A DNA stretch of 64,000 nt, taken from positions 1,723 to 65,722 of the forward strand of contig CACIWI010000001.1 of assembly GCA_902590355.1 (NCBI GenBank). The letters are read 5' to 3'. Origin of the DNA: an uncultured Prochlorococcus sp. Lineage in GTDB: Bacteria; Cyanobacteriota; Cyanobacteriia; PCC-6307; Cyanobiaceae. A program made the position numbers and the translations under genes. Shown here piece by piece: positions 61,925-64,000 of this stretch. Numbering within the stretch: position 1 is the first letter of the stretch; the number at the start of each line of letters is the position of its first letter. The notes under the pieces are model-generated. The model did not search any database and was not told where the DNA came from. It saw only the letters and a program-made list of their open reading frames with translations.

Positions 61925-62290
61925 ATGCCCTCTCCGAGGAAAAGAATTGGTTTTTTGCCAAGTGAAGAAGTTCATGAAATTATTGAAAAATTGTGCACAG
62001 CTAATGAATTTAGTCAGTCAAAAGTCACAGGTTTATTGGTCGAAGAAGCGTTGAGGTCTCGGGGAGTGTTAAATAAATCTTTTGGTACAACAAGCATTGA
62101 AAAGTTTGATTTTATGAATTTTTCCTTTGATCAAGAAACATTAACTGAAAATAACAAATCTCCACGTTATGAGGTCGACTATACAATTAATAAAGAAGAA
62201 TTATCTGATGATATCAAAATGATGCATGAATTTATTGAGTTTAAGTATTTTAAAAAAGTTATGAAGCAAAATAAAAATATTTTTAAATAG
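61925..62290 (+). CDS. ribbon-helix-helix (CopG-like) regulator
   Basis: RKRIGFLP-SEEVHEIIEKLC-SQSKVTGLLVEEAL strand-helix-helix pattern. Confidence 0.65.
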   Translation: MPSPRKRIGFLPSEEVHEIIEKLCTANEFSQSKVTGLLVEEALRSRGVLNKSFGTTSIEKFDFMNFSFDQETLTENNKSPRYEVDYTINKEELSDDIKMMHEFIEFKYFKKVMKQNKNIFK

Positions 62291-62428
62291 ATAGTGTCAC
62301 ACTTCTGAGATTTATATTGAATTGCTTTTCAAAGGAATTAAGAAATTAAGCAGAGATAAATATTTTTGAATATTTCTAATCAACTTCTTAAAGAAGGATC
62401 CAATATAAATTGAATCTTTAAAAATTCA

Positions 62429-62467
62429 GCGGACTAAATCCTCGTGGAGATATGAACCTTAGCCCGC
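62429..62467 (-). ncRNA. conserved hairpin element copy 3
   Basis: See copies at 11575 and 19439. Confidence 0.5.
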
Positions 62468-62558
62468 TTTAAAAAAATAGCAATAAAAAAATATAAATAC
62501 AATTAGTTTGTAAATTAACTTTTGATTTAAAATTGAATTATAAAAACTCTAAATATAA

Positions 62559-62711
62559 ATGGCAGTAAGTGAATTAAATGAAGATACACAGGATCAAATA
62601 TGTGATCTTCTTGAAAATCTTCAGCAAATAGAGAAACTTAAAAATAAAGATATACAAATTTTGCTTGATAAGATAGTTAGAAAATATGGAGGAAAAGTAG
62701 TAAATAAATGA
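62559..62711 (+). CDS. small hypothetical protein (50 aa)
   Basis: ATGA overlap with the next gene. Confidence 0.45.
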   Translation: MAVSELNEDTQDQICDLLENLQQIEKLKNKDIQILLDKIVRKYGGKVVNK

Positions 62712-63106
62712 AACGCCTATTAATCCCAATATTTGTTTTGCTTAATTTCCCAAGTGTTGTAAATAGCTCCCACTTAAATAATCAGAGAGAACTTATAGTC
62801 ACCTCAGAAAGCACTAGGGAATCAATCGAGTTGGCAAAATACCTTAAAGATAATGATGTAGTTAAATATTCAGCATATTGGTGCCCTAATTGCCTTAATC
62901 AAAGTGAATTATTTGGTAAGCAAGCTTATAGAGAACTTAATGTAATTGAATGTGCAAGAGATGGCATAAACAGTCAAACTCAATTATGCATTGATAAAAA
63001 AATTAAAGGGTTTCCCACATGGGAAATAAATGGAAAACTAATTTTAGGTGTACTTTCACTAAAAGAGTTATCAAAGTTGACTGGATTTAAAAAAAATGTA
63101 AGGTGA
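62708..63106 (+). CDS. exported thioredoxin-fold protein (VKOR-associated Trx-like domain)
   Basis: MKRLLIP leader; YSAYWCPNC..Q.ELFG, C....IKGFPTW.ING. Confidence 0.8.
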   Translation: MKRLLIPIFVLLNFPSVVNSSHLNNQRELIVTSESTRESIELAKYLKDNDVVKYSAYWCPNCLNQSELFGKQAYRELNVIECARDGINSQTQLCIDKKIKGFPTWEINGKLILGVLSLKELSKLTGFKKNVR

Positions 63107-63113
63107 TTAAAGG

Positions 63114-63263
63114 CTAGATATTAAAGGTTATTTCTTGAGTACCTTTAATACATCGCCCAGCTGGATAGTTAATTACTTTTTTTGATATTAACCCAATACT
63201 TACAGCAACTATTCCAATACTAAATAAAGCTCTTGATCTTTTGCTTGAGATGGGATACTTCAT
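63114..63263 (-). CDS. small TM protein, paralog of 18865-19047
   Basis: MKYPISSKRSRALFSIGIVAVSIGLISKKVINYPAGRCIKGTQEITFNI. Confidence 0.65.
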   Translation of the reverse strand: MKYPISSKRSRALFSIGIVAVSIGLISKKVINYPAGRCIKGTQEITFNI

Positions 63264-63447
63264 TGATTATTTGTTAGTTTAAATAAATAGGTATTATTAA
63301 ATTGTAACGTGGATTTTCTATGAAAAATAAAGAATTTAATGTGACTCAAGGAATGGCTTTATTACTTTTGAAGCAATTAAATTTACCCGCTAACTACGTC
63401 CTAAATCTCATAATTTATATAACTAATCCTAGTAACAATATTGGATA

Positions 63448-63699
63448 CTAATAGTCTTCCCAAACTGGTTTGGTTCTCCTCCAACCTTGAGCGATTAACT
63501 TTCTCCATTCATCTCTAGCTTTATCAACTTTAAGTTCTTCTCTGGTTGTCATAAGAGGTGGTTCTTTTCCTAAAACACCAAGTATTCTTCCAGAGTCAAT
63601 AAACATATATTCAAAAAATTTATCTTTATTTTGATTATTCTTTGAAAACCTTTTAACACTTGAACGATTAGAATTTATAAGCCAAAAATTTTCTGTCAA
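63448..63699 (-). CDS. DUF1651-like protein
   Basis: WLIN...VKRF...PPLM..R.......A...W..L...GW....P.W. Confidence 0.7.
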   Translation of the reverse strand: MTENFWLINSNRSSVKRFSKNNQNKDKFFEYMFIDSGRILGVLGKEPPLMTTREELKVDKARDEWRKLIAQGWRRTKPVWEDY

Positions 63700-63710
63700 T
63701 CTTACTTATT

Positions 63711-63998
63711 TTATGTTTTTTCAATTGGAGCCATTGTTAATCCTTTGCTGACTAGTTGCTCATGATATAGCTCTGCCTGTTCAAGATTACTTCTCCACAC
63801 CTCTGCAGATCCTGTCTTGTCAACTTTGATGGTTAGATCCCATGCCCTTTGTTCACTCATTCTTGGGATTATTGTTGAAAGACAATTTGCGACATGCTGA
63901 AAAGTATTAAAATTGTCATCAAGAACTATAACTCTTGCTTCTGAATATTTTGCTTTGGATTTTTTTGTATCTAAGACTGTGCCGAGTGAATTAAACAT
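63711..63998 (-). CDS. clpS: ATP-dependent Clp protease adaptor
   Basis: VIVLDDNFNTFQHVANCL, EQAELYHEQL. Confidence 0.9.
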   Translation of the reverse strand: MFNSLGTVLDTKKSKAKYSEARVIVLDDNFNTFQHVANCLSTIIPRMSEQRAWDLTIKVDKTGSAEVWRSNLEQAELYHEQLVSKGLTMAPIEKT

Positions 63999-64000
63999 TA

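Overview
AT-rich cyanobacterial chromosome, almost certainly a high-light Prochlorococcus (hli genes, chlH, acsF, psb30, petP, typical gene order). Four zones. (1) 1-3.0 kb: core ABC-2 transporter and petP. (2) About 3.05-22.8 kb: a ~19.7-kb integrative island/element (tycheposon-like) inserted in the initiator tRNA-Met gene. It is bounded by an ~88-bp direct repeat (3' half of the tRNA plus its terminator), has TGTTACAC arm-type repeats at both ends, and encodes a tyrosine integrase and an HTH excisionase-like gene. Cargo includes a Tat-exported PhoX phosphatase, five hli genes, a secreted alpha/beta hydrolase, a polysaccharide-lyase-like protein and many tiny ORFs. (3) 22.9-59.8 kb: conserved core genes (ansA, rsfS, carB, tpiA, folP, chlH, dapB, mfd, fmt, pmbA/tldD, acsF, rpmF, ftsH, peroxiredoxin). 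(4) 60-64 kb: start of a second variable region of small genes. The most striking unexplained signals are non-coding and lie in the island: a 19-bp quasi-palindrome (WTRATTGACAGTCRATCTA) repeated about 10 times between genes; a ~700-bp block resembling a T7-like podophage genome-end/packaging region; a mutated att copy that may make excision harmful; a 33-bp upstream element in three copies; a 40-bp hairpin in three copies; and a candidate NtcA-driven sRNA complementary to a neighbouring RNA. All family names come from motif recognition by eye, not from database searches.
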